Source: Myxococcales bacterium (GTDB taxonomy: Bacteria; Myxococcota_A; UBA9160; UBA4427). Taken from it: a stretch of 64,000 nt of DNA. Positions 27,982 through 36,241 of the stretch are shown one piece after another; within the stretch, counting starts at the first letter, position 1, and every line of letters starts with the position of its first letter. The stretch is from assembly GCA_012959805.1 (NCBI GenBank), contig DUCN01000086.1, forward strand, positions 4,002 through 68,001. Reading direction: 5' to 3'. The notes under the pieces were generated by a model that ran no database searches, had not been told where the DNA came from, and saw only the letters and a list, made by a program, of their open reading frames with translations. The position numbers and the translations under genes are program-made.

Positions 27982-28368
27982 ATGGACAAGACCGCAGGGA
28001 TAGATCACGAAACCGGAGCTCGGCCAATCGAAGAATGGGTGGATTTCGAGCGCGTCTGCTGCAGCGACCTGAACTGGGACCTCAATCGATCACAAGCGAA
28101 CGAGCTGAGCCTCACCGTGTCTGGTATTTCGCCGAATAGCCTCGTCTTCGCAGATAACGAAGGCGACAGCATCAACCCTCAACCCAGCTTCGGTATCGCG
28201 AAAAAACTGGCTCAATCAATTGATCTGGGCACAACTGCGGCGGCCATTCTCTGCTGCGTGGCACCGATGGCCCTCGCCGCTGTGGCGGGCGTAGCGGTCG
28301 CCGCGCCTCTCGCCCGCCTCGACAATCCGCTCACGATCGCAGCCGCATCGCTGCGTGGCTCTGGCTGA
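27982..28368 (+). CDS. Hypothetical small protein with two vicinal Cys pairs and a C-terminal MerT/MerC-like CCxxP transmembrane helix
   Basis: It has a strong Shine-Dalgarno sequence. The 128-aa product has ERVCCSD (C26-C27) in the soluble N-terminal part and TTAAAILCCVAPMALAAVAGVAVAAP (C91-C92) in a hydrophobic helix. I recognise no family with confidence. Confidence 0.5.
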   Translation: MDKTAGIDHETGARPIEEWVDFERVCCSDLNWDLNRSQANELSLTVSGISPNSLVFADNEGDSINPQPSFGIAKKLAQSIDLGTTAAAILCCVAPMALAAVAGVAVAAPLARLDNPLTIAAASLRGSG

Positions 28369-28622
28369 AGCGACGTGACGCGCGCTCATCATCATGCGGA
28401 TGCTAGGCCCGTGATGATCCGAGAATGACTGGGACTTAGTTGTAGCGATGCCAGAGCAGATCTCTCTGGGGCTTGAGCTTTTCCGCAGCGATGACAATCC
28501 GGAGATTCGGATGGAATGTGACCAAACTACGAATCCCAATCCGGGTCTCCATCCGCGACTAGATCAGGGAACGCCCAAGCTTCGCCCTGAAGCGAAGAGG
28601 CCCCTTCATGGGCAAGTCGGGA

Positions 28623-29321
28623 CTAGAATCTCGCGCTGGAACGAAAATCCAGTGCGAGGCCGGTGCGCGGATGCTGAAACCCAAGCTCCTCAGCATGAAG
28701 TTTGAGCTGACCTGGTCCAGTGCCACGACCATATAGCGGGTCACCTACGATCGGTATACCGAGACCCAACTCATGAGCCGCATGCACGCGGAGCTGATGT
28801 GTTCGACCGGTCATGGGTATGAAGAGAATTCGAGTGTGACCTGCCTCGACGGACAGTTTCTCCCAATGCGTGATGCCGATCTTTCCATGGACCGGGTCGT
28901 GAATCTGATAGGGACGATTATCGACATCAAGACGAAAGGGGAGTTCGATCTTTCCGCTCTCGGCCTCAAGGACTCCATCGAGAAGAGCGATATAGCGCTT
29001 ACGAATCTCGCGCCTCTGGAATTGAATCGAAAGGTTACGATGTGACTCGGTATTTCGCGCGACGATAAGAAGTCCCGAAGTATCCATGTCAAGCCGATGT
29101 ACCGCCGGCTGCTCGGGACACCCTGGGTACATCTCACGCACGCGTTCGGCAACGCAATCCCGCTTTTCCGGACCACGTCCCGGAACGGAAAGCATGCCGC
29201 TCACCTTGTCGACGATGACGAAGTCCGGATCCTCATGCACGATTTCGAGCAGTGGTGGAGCCTTCAGCATATCAGGAGCCTTCAGCTTACTAAAGGTCAT
29301 CGGCTGGCCAGGCTCCATCAT
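28623..29321 (-). CDS. RluA-family pseudouridine synthase (catalytic domain)
   Basis: It contains DFVIVDKVSGMLSVPG, the catalytic-Asp motif HRLDMDTSGLLIVA, and TGRTHQLRVHAA. Confidence 0.9.
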   Translation of the reverse strand: MMEPGQPMTFSKLKAPDMLKAPPLLEIVHEDPDFVIVDKVSGMLSVPGRGPEKRDCVAERVREMYPGCPEQPAVHRLDMDTSGLLIVARNTESHRNLSIQFQRREIRKRYIALLDGVLEAESGKIELPFRLDVDNRPYQIHDPVHGKIGITHWEKLSVEAGHTRILFIPMTGRTHQLRVHAAHELGLGIPIVGDPLYGRGTGPGQLKLHAEELGFQHPRTGLALDFRSSARF

Positions 29322-30114
29322 TCAGTAGATCCTCTAGTCCGCATAACATGAATCCCAGAATGGGGCGGCACCGAGCCTCGCAGCTCGCATAGAACTCACC
29401 CGGCACCCGCTGACCCCCCTCGCTATCACTGCCCCAATAGAACTCGGCCATTCCGAGTGGGCGAAGGCCGTGACGCGCGGCGTGATTGAGCAGCTTCGGG
29501 GCACAACACTCACCCATCCCCCCGGTGATCGGCGTCCCGGGCAGCACAGTTCCAGCAAGCGATCGTTCTTCACCTCGAAAATTGCGAAACCGATAGGACG
29601 CACACATTTTCTTCCAGAGCACCTGGGAAATGTTCTTTCGCCGAGCGAGAATTTCCGCATGCGCAGCGGACTCGACATCCAGGACGTTCGCCTCTTTGGT
29701 CATTGCCTTGATCTCTTGCTGCGCCGGAAGAATCATCTCGTCATAGACCTCCGCGCTGAGGACGGGCTGGACCCATCCCTCTATTTGCCTGATCCCATCC
29801 CATAGCGAAGAGAAAGCACGAAGAATGACCGTCTGTCCGTCGCGATCTTCGCATTCCAGCACGCCGAACATATTGCCGCGACCCTCGCCGAAAAGGTTCG
29901 CAAAGCAAAGCCGTGGGTCCACGTCGAGATCGGATGCGAGATAGTCGAGGCGTGAGATCGCCTCGAACTCGCGCATCATTTCGAGCGCGTGCGCACGCGC
30001 ATTCCCATCCGGCAAGCTGTGGCGTCGCTGGCAGGCCCAGCAGTCGCCAAACGTTCCGGCAGAAGATCGCGCCAAGTCGGTCTGTAGATCAATACTCATA
30101 GGATGACCGGCCAT
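29290..30114 (-). CDS. Cys-rich conserved protein resembling the N-terminal domain found fused to long RluA-family synthases
   Basis: The product is 274 aa and contains GDCWACQRRH, GRGNMFGVLECEDRDGQTVILRAFSS, GGMGECCAPKLLNHAA and YASCEARCRPILGFMLCGL. It overlaps the RluA ORF by 32 nt in a different frame. Confidence 0.55.
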   Translation of the reverse strand: MAGHPMSIDLQTDLARSSAGTFGDCWACQRRHSLPDGNARAHALEMMREFEAISRLDYLASDLDVDPRLCFANLFGEGRGNMFGVLECEDRDGQTVILRAFSSLWDGIRQIEGWVQPVLSAEVYDEMILPAQQEIKAMTKEANVLDVESAAHAEILARRKNISQVLWKKMCASYRFRNFRGEERSLAGTVLPGTPITGGMGECCAPKLLNHAARHGLRPLGMAEFYWGSDSEGGQRVPGEFYASCEARCRPILGFMLCGLEDLLNDGAWPADDL

Positions 30115-30254
30115 GCTTTAGCATCTTCGAGATGTCGGGGCAGCCAGTCCACTGAACCTCGGACTCAGCACTCTGGTTTCCCACCAAACGAAAGAACCGG
30201 CCACCTCTCCTGCACGACCTGCGTCCGTCGGCTTTGGGGGTCGATCCAATCGGA

Positions 30255-30704
30255 ATGGCTCCCTATGCTCGCCAACAATTCCAATGGAATCGAAAGGAGA
30301 GCACATTGTCCGAAGACGATCGCTACGAACGCGGCGCGAAGATGCTCGAGAAAGTCTACGCCGGAGATGTCCAGGCGCCACCTAAGGGCACCATGGCCTT
30401 CTCCGACCTGATGGTCGAGAACCTGTTCGCCGAGGTGTGGACCCGAGACGTGCTTTCGATCCGGGACCGGAGATTGATTCTGTTAGGCGTGATCGGAGCG
30501 CTCGGCGAGAAAGACATTTTCGCCATTCAGGCCAAAGCCACCCTCAAGAATGAAGAACTCACGCCTGAACAGCTCCGTGAAGTGGTCATCGTTCTGGCGA
30601 ACTATGCGGGCTATCCCCGCGCCGCCGGCGTCCTCGGCGTGGTCGAACAGAAGATTGCCGAGTTCACACGAGAACAGAGAACCGAGACCGACTCGCCTTC
30701 ATGA
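30255..30704 (+). CDS. Carboxymuconolactone decarboxylase (CMD/AhpD-like) family protein
   Basis: The pattern DRYERGAKMLEKVYAG...EVWTRDVLSIRDRRLILLGVIGALG...LREVVIVLANYAGYPRA is the CMD family pattern. The start is uncertain: TTG 30234, ATG 30255, or TTG 30306 with an AAGGAGA RBS. Confidence 0.75.
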   Translation: MAPYARQQFQWNRKESTLSEDDRYERGAKMLEKVYAGDVQAPPKGTMAFSDLMVENLFAEVWTRDVLSIRDRRLILLGVIGALGEKDIFAIQAKATLKNEELTPEQLREVVIVLANYAGYPRAAGVLGVVEQKIAEFTREQRTETDSPS

Positions 30705-32180
30705 TCCAGGCGGAACGGCCATTATCTTGGTCTCTAGATATTCTTCGAATCCCTGCACGCCGTTTTCACGTCCGACACCGCTCTGCTTGTACCCGCCGAA
30801 GGGCGTGTCGACATGGAACCACTGCGCTCCGGCGACCGAGATGGTGCCCGTTCGGATCCGTCTTGCAATCGCGAGCCCCCGCCCGACGTCTTTGGTCTGG
30901 ATTGCCCCCGATAAACCATATTGAGAATGATTCGCGATTCGAATGGCATCGTCGTCGTCCTCGTATGGGATCACGCATAATACCGGTCCAAAAATCTCTT
31001 CCTGAGCGATGGTCGAATCGGGGTCGACATCCACAAAAAGAGTCGGCTCTACATAACATCCCTGCTCACCTAATTTCCCGTTCGGCCGCCCGCCTCCCAC
31101 CAGGCATCGAGCGCCCTCCTGCTTTCCCTTCTCCATGTATGCCAGCACTCGCTCCTGCTGAAGTGGACTGATCTGCGGCCCCTGCAGATTGGCGGGATTG
31201 GTTGGATCACCATAATTCCATTTCTCGAAGGCGGTCTTCAGAATTCCCAGGGCTTCGTCGTAACGCGACCTCGGAATCAGCAAGCGGGTCGTGATCGCAC
31301 AGCCCTGCCCCGCATGCACGCAAGTCATCGCTGCCATCGGTAGCACCGCCTCGAAGTCCGCATCATCGAGCAAGATATTCGCCGACTTACCGCCCAGTTC
31401 GAGAAAGACCTTCTTCAAGGTTGGCGCCGCGGACGCCATGATGCGCCTGCCCGTCGCCGTCGAGCCGGTAAAGGTCACGACATCGATGCGCGGATCGGAA
31501 GAAAGAATCTCGCCCAACAGATGGTCGGAGGATGCAACGACATTCAGAACGCCGGCGGGAATATCCGTCCGCTCCTTCGCGATCCGACCGACATGGGTCG
31601 CCGACCACGGAGTGTCCGGGGCGGGCTTCAGCACCATCGTGCAACCCGATGCCAACGCTGGACCGATCTTCGCGATATTGAGATAGAGGGGAACATTCCA
31701 TGGCGTGATCGCTCCGACGACGCCCGCCGCTTCCCGGCGCAGGATTCGACCATGTTGTCGTCCCAGAAACGGGATGTCCTCGAGCCGCCTCTCATAGGGA
31801 TAGCTCGCAGCCAGGTCTGCCCAATAGGTCATCATCTCGATTGGACCGTCGACATGCATGAAGGCGCCGAGCGAAATCGGTGCGCCTGCCTCGTGGACAA
31901 CGATGGCCCGCAGCTGTTCTTTCTCCTCGAGCATTCCCTCGTAGAGCTGCCGGATACATTTTCCGCGAAACGCGTGGTCCCGACTCCAGTCACTCTCATC
32001 GAAAGCGCGGCGTGCAGACGAGACAGCACGCAGCATGTCGTCTCGACTCCCGTCCGCGCACGTTCCCAACACCTTTCCATTCGCGGGATTCAGATTATCG
32101 AACGTCTTGTCGCTTTCGGCTGCAGAAAGCTCTCCGTCAATCAGATTGCGTGTCTCAGGCGCGAGCTGAGGTAAAGACAA
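30699..32180 (-). CDS. NAD(P)+-dependent aldehyde dehydrogenase
   Basis: It contains VVTFTGSTATGRRI and FLELGGKSANILL (catalytic Glu). VHAGQGCAITTRL holds the catalytic Cys, and EEIFGPVL is also present. Confidence 0.9.
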   Translation of the reverse strand: MSLPQLAPETRNLIDGELSAAESDKTFDNLNPANGKVLGTCADGSRDDMLRAVSSARRAFDESDWSRDHAFRGKCIRQLYEGMLEEKEQLRAIVVHEAGAPISLGAFMHVDGPIEMMTYWADLAASYPYERRLEDIPFLGRQHGRILRREAAGVVGAITPWNVPLYLNIAKIGPALASGCTMVLKPAPDTPWSATHVGRIAKERTDIPAGVLNVVASSDHLLGEILSSDPRIDVVTFTGSTATGRRIMASAAPTLKKVFLELGGKSANILLDDADFEAVLPMAAMTCVHAGQGCAITTRLLIPRSRYDEALGILKTAFEKWNYGDPTNPANLQGPQISPLQQERVLAYMEKGKQEGARCLVGGGRPNGKLGEQGCYVEPTLFVDVDPDSTIAQEEIFGPVLCVIPYEDDDDAIRIANHSQYGLSGAIQTKDVGRGLAIARRIRTGTISVAGAQWFHVDTPFGGYKQSGVGRENGVQGFEEYLETKIMAVPPGS

Positions 32181-32232
32181 ATGAAAGATCCTTTCTGGCC
32201 GGAAACATCGTCAACGCGCCACCCACCCCGCC

Positions 32233-32988
32233 TCAGGGTCGACGGATCTGGCCACCATCGACATTCAAGACCTGACCCGTAATCCAGCGAGCCGCATCAG
32301 AAAGCAAGAATAAACACGCATCAGCCATGTCGTCGGGTGTTCCCAAACGAGGCAGTGGCAGGCCCGCGACGATCTGTTCGGCATAGGACCCGGCGGTCTT
32401 CCTCAAGGCATCGGTGTCCGTGGGTCCCGGTGCGATCGCGTTGACTCGAATTTTCTGTGGGCCTAGCTCCGTCGCGAGGCATCCCGTCAACCCGTTCATT
32501 CCGAGCTTGGAGAGTCCATAAAAGCTGACGCCCATCCAGGCGGCAGTCGAGGATTGCATCACGATCGCGCCTCCACCCCTGTCACGCATCGATGGCGCAC
32601 AAGCGCGAACACATAACAGCGCTCCATCCATATTCACGTTCATGAAATTCTTGTAGTAGTCCCAATCGACCGTCATCAATCCAGCCAATTTCATACCACC
32701 AAAGATGGCTGCGTTATTGACGAGAAAGTCGATACCACCGAATTCGGCGACCACGGCATCCGCCAGCTCGAGCGTTGACTCCTCGGAGCCCACGTCGACC
32801 TGGATACAGGTCGCCTCCCCGCCTCGCTCTCGAATTTCTTTCGCCACCGCTTCGCCAGAATCTTTTTCAATTTCGGCGACGATGACCTTCGCACCCTGGG
32901 CGGACAAAGCCAGTGCATACGCCCGCCCAATCCCTCCGCCCGCGCCCGTTACGATCGCGACCTTGTCCTTGATTCCGTCGTATTGCAT
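32233..32988 (-). CDS. SDR-family oxidoreductase
   Basis: It has the cofactor-binding motif TGAGGGIGRAYA, the NNAA motif (LVNNAAI), and the catalytic region YGLSK. Confidence 0.9.
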   Translation of the reverse strand: MQYDGIKDKVAIVTGAGGGIGRAYALALSAQGAKVIVAEIEKDSGEAVAKEIRERGGEATCIQVDVGSEESTLELADAVVAEFGGIDFLVNNAAIFGGMKLAGLMTVDWDYYKNFMNVNMDGALLCVRACAPSMRDRGGGAIVMQSSTAAWMGVSFYGLSKLGMNGLTGCLATELGPQKIRVNAIAPGPTDTDALRKTAGSYAEQIVAGLPLPRLGTPDDMADACLFLLSDAARWITGQVLNVDGGQIRRP

Positions 32989-33007
32989 CGCCCCGCTCTC
33001 CTTGCTC

Positions 33008-34180
33008 TCAAACCGTCACTGGAAGCGACGCGAACCCACGCACGTTGACCGAATGAACGCGCACAACCGATTCCGCCCGAACCTCGTAGTCCGGAAAACG
33101 CTTCCACCATTCCTCGAAGGCGACTCTCGCTTCGAGCCTAGCCAGCGCTGCCCCCATGCAGAAATGCGTTCCACGTCCAAAGGAGAGCATCTCCGTCGTA
33201 TCGCGACCGATCGTGAAGTCGTCGGGCCGCGCAAAAACGTCTGGATCGCGATTGGCCGAACCCACCAGCAAGAGAACGTGATCGCCGGCTGGAATCGTCG
33301 ACCCAGCGATCTCGACATCTTCGAGCATGACCCGCATCAGGGCTTGCGTGGAATTGTCGTACCGAAGCGTCTCCTCGATCGAAGCTGGAATCTGCGTCAG
33401 ATCAGCTTGCAGCAGAGCGCGCTGTTCCGGGTTTCTCCACAGCCAATAGAGCGCGTTCCCCAGTAGCTTCGTCGTGGTTTCGTTGCCAGCAACAACCATC
33501 AAATTGCAGAATGAGTACAGATCATCGTCCGAGAGACCCTGGCCTGACTCCCCCATTGCCACAAGGCTCGACAAGAGATCATCGCCGGGCTCGCGTCGAA
33601 GCCTGGCGATGAGCTCGACGAAATAACTTCGCATCTTTCCGAAAGAGACAATGGCCTCTGGCGGGACATCGAAGACACCTTCCTCACGATGCACCAGCTG
33701 ATCCGCCCAGCCACGCAGCGCATCTCGATCCGCCGCGGGCACACCTAGCATCTCGCTAATCACGTCCATCGGAAGTTTGCCCGAAAAGTCCTTGATGGCA
33801 TCGAAACCACCCGACCCGACCAATTCGTCAAGGCGGGCCGCGGTCAGCTCGCGAATTCGCGGCTCGAGGGCGGCCACTCGGCGCGGGGTAAAGCTTCGCG
33901 CGACGATGCTTCTGAAGCGCGTGTGCTCGGGCGGATCCATCGCCAGAAAGGAGGTGCCGGCGCGAGCCCGCGGGCCACGGGCCAAAGGATCGATCGAAAC
34001 ACCGTGCGAGTTCGAAAACCGCTTGGGATCCTTGAATGCCGCCATCACGTCGGCATGACGTGAGATCGCCCAAAAATCCAATTTATCATTGTGATAGACG
34101 GGAGCCTCTTCGCGGAGCCGGCGATAGGTCGGATAGGGGTCTTCGTGGAACTCATACGCGTAGGGGGAGAACTCGAACAT
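33008..34180 (-). CDS. Cytochrome P450
   Basis: The I-helix is LMVVAGNETTTKL, the EXXR motif is ETLRY, and the heme loop is FGRGTHFCMGAALARLE. Confidence 0.9.
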   Translation of the reverse strand: MFEFSPYAYEFHEDPYPTYRRLREEAPVYHNDKLDFWAISRHADVMAAFKDPKRFSNSHGVSIDPLARGPRARAGTSFLAMDPPEHTRFRSIVARSFTPRRVAALEPRIRELTAARLDELVGSGGFDAIKDFSGKLPMDVISEMLGVPAADRDALRGWADQLVHREEGVFDVPPEAIVSFGKMRSYFVELIARLRREPGDDLLSSLVAMGESGQGLSDDDLYSFCNLMVVAGNETTTKLLGNALYWLWRNPEQRALLQADLTQIPASIEETLRYDNSTQALMRVMLEDVEIAGSTIPAGDHVLLLVGSANRDPDVFARPDDFTIGRDTTEMLSFGRGTHFCMGAALARLEARVAFEEWWKRFPDYEVRAESVVRVHSVNVRGFASLPVTV

Positions 34181-34199
34181 CGCCGAAGATCGTATATCT

Positions 34200-34223
34200 T
34201 TTACAATGCAGTCACAATGTAAA
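34200..34223. promoter_or_regulatory. Inverted repeat in an AT-rich divergent promoter region (candidate TetR operator)
   Basis: TTTACA-N12-TGTAAA sits in the 124-bp gap between the divergent P450 (start 34180) and dehydrogenase (34305) genes. It also contains the direct repeat ACAATG x2. Confidence 0.3.
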
Positions 34224-34304
34224 TTACGATAGAGTTCTCCCAGTCATCGCAGATCACTGCTTCGCCTTACACCCGTCGCTCGTCGCCTCGTAGAAAGGAA
34301 CCCG

Positions 34305-35171
34305 ATGTCGATTCGCACCGGATTCATTGGACTCGGCAACCAGGGAAAACCCATTGCCAGCCATCTGGCCCCCGCCGGATTCGAAACCACGGTCTACGAC
34401 ATTGCGTCCGCGCCGGTGGAAGAACTCGTGGCCGGCGGTGCAAAAGCCGCGTCGACACCCCGCGAATTGGGCGCTGAAGCGGACGTCGTGGGGATCTGCG
34501 TTCCCGAAGATTCGCACGTCCTGGCCGTTACGTTAGGCGAGAACGGATTGCTATCCGGAATGAAATCCGGCGGCGTCATCTTGATTCACAGCACGGTTCT
34601 TCCAGAAACCATTGTCGAAGTCGCCGCAGCCGCTGCAGCACGTGAGCTCGACGTGCTGGACGCTTGCGTCACGGGCGGAGCGGGCCGCGCGATCAACAAA
34701 GAGATCACCTATCTGGTCGGCGGGCCTGAACGCGCTGTTGAAAAGGCGCGCCCCTATTTCGACGCGACCTCCGAAATCGCAATCGTCTATGCGGGCGAGC
34801 TCGGCAACGGAGCCAAGCTCAAGCTCTGCCTCAATCTGATGACATATATCCAGTGGGCCGCCGCCTACGAGCCCATGGCGCTGGCCCGAGCCATCGGCTT
34901 GCCCCTCGACGTGCTCGAGAGCGCCGGACGTTCCAACGGTCAACTGACCGACCTGATGACGAGTTTCCTAGCGGCGCACAAGCTCCCGGACGATGCGCGC
35001 AAGAGCGATGGTTTTCAAGACCTGATGCGCGGGCACATGCAGATCGCGGAGAAGGATCTCGCCTGGGCGCTCAAGCTGGCACGCCAAGCCGGTGTCGCCC
35101 TTCCTGTGGGCTCGTTAGTCTCGCAATCCATGGCACGCCTCTATGGCGTCGACGATGAAGGTCGACGATGA
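34305..35171 (+). CDS. NAD(P)-dependent oxidoreductase, 3-hydroxyisobutyrate/6-phosphogluconate dehydrogenase-like
   Basis: The N-terminal Rossmann motif is GFIGLGNQGKPIASHL. The size (288 aa) and a C-terminal all-helical domain fit the HIBADH family. Confidence 0.8.
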   Translation: MSIRTGFIGLGNQGKPIASHLAPAGFETTVYDIASAPVEELVAGGAKAASTPRELGAEADVVGICVPEDSHVLAVTLGENGLLSGMKSGGVILIHSTVLPETIVEVAAAAAARELDVLDACVTGGAGRAINKEITYLVGGPERAVEKARPYFDATSEIAIVYAGELGNGAKLKLCLNLMTYIQWAAAYEPMALARAIGLPLDVLESAGRSNGQLTDLMTSFLAAHKLPDDARKSDGFQDLMRGHMQIAEKDLAWALKLARQAGVALPVGSLVSQSMARLYGVDDEGRR

Positions 35172-35824
35172 ATCAATCGGCAGGTGTGCGGCCGCAGACC
35201 GATGCCCACGAGCGCGCGAGCGCGCGTCGATCTCACGCCACCCGAACCGCAGAAATGCGCGCGCGGGTCGTGGAGGCCGTCATCGAAAGCATCTCGAAGA
35301 TCGGGTACCAGAGAACGACGGCAGCGGAAATCGCGCGCTGCGCCGGCGTCACGTGGGGCGCTGTTCAACATCACTTCGGCGACAAAGACGGCATCCTGTT
35401 CGCGGTTCTAGAAGAGTCCTTCGATCATTTCGCGCAGTGTCTGGCTGATTTTCCGGACACCGACGTCCTCCTGGAAGATCGCGTCGAGCGATTCGTCGAT
35501 CGCAGCTGGGAACACTTCTCGAGTTCCCTCTACCGCTCGACGTTCCAGATCCTGCTAAACCTGCCTGCGGACATCGAGTCCTCCTGGCAGCAAACGATGT
35601 TAGGCGAATGGACCCGCGTCTGGTCACAATACTTCGACGTAGACGGGACCCACGGTCGAAGAGAGCGGGAACTCATGCAGTACACGATCGCCGTGCTCTC
35701 CGGACTGGCCGCGATCCGAATGCTGGAAGCAAAAAGGGGCCTCCGCAGGAATTCGCAATTGGATTATCTGAAGGGCACCCTTCGGCGTGAGCTCCGTGAG
35801 GCCGCGAAAGACTCTAAGCGCTAG
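35168..35824 (+). CDS. TetR/AcrR family transcriptional regulator
   Basis: The HTH is RARVVEAVIESISKIGYQRTTAAEIARCAGVTWGAVQHHFGDKDGIL. It overlaps the upstream gene by 4 nt (ATGA). Confidence 0.9.
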   Translation: MNQSAGVRPQTDAHERASARRSHATRTAEMRARVVEAVIESISKIGYQRTTAAEIARCAGVTWGAVQHHFGDKDGILFAVLEESFDHFAQCLADFPDTDVLLEDRVERFVDRSWEHFSSSLYRSTFQILLNLPADIESSWQQTMLGEWTRVWSQYFDVDGTHGRRERELMQYTIAVLSGLAAIRMLEAKRGLRRNSQLDYLKGTLRRELREAAKDSKR

Positions 35825-35836
35825 CGGGATGCCTAG

Positions 35837-36240
35837 AGGGCCCGTGAACTGGCACGCGATCCCGAAAGTTTCGAGCGAATCATTTCGAATCTGCGCTCTC
35901 CGGTCCTGGCCGACGCGCTGAAACATGCGGAGCCCATCACACCGGTCTTTACGCGACGGGGCCTGCAGAATTCCCGGCGATACTATCAATGCTGGTCCGT
36001 CGAGTTACCGGGATTCCTCTCGATCGGTGATGCAACCTGCGGATTCATTCCCGTCTGCGGGCAGGGCATGACGAGTGCTGCCCGTTGCGCGCTCGTCCTC
36101 GAAAAATGCTTGAAGCAAGACGATCCGACGACGGCACGCTTCGCACAGCTCTTCTTCCGCGATCAGGCGAAGTTCCTGAAGACGCCATGGACGATGACGC
36201 GATGGCCGACCAGCCACCGGCCCCAGCAAGCGGTTAGGCG
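35837..36240 (+). pseudogene. C-terminal remnant of an FAD-dependent oxidoreductase/monooxygenase
   Basis: The frame is open with no plausible start. It reads ...PVFTRRGLQNSRRYYQCWSVELPGFLSIGDATCGFIPVCGQGMTSAARCALVLEKCL..., where GDAxxxxxPxxGQGM is the second FAD-binding motif. Only about 130 aa are present, and the frame runs into the convergent xsc gene. Confidence 0.55.
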
Positions 36241-36241
36241 C

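Noticed and set aside
28369-28430. Possible read-through of the TGA stop of ORF 27982..28368 into SDVTRAHHHADARPVMIRE (a His-rich tail), considered as a second Sec or read-through site.
   Set aside because: The extension is short. The TGA is not at a Cys-like motif position, and no stable hairpin follows it.
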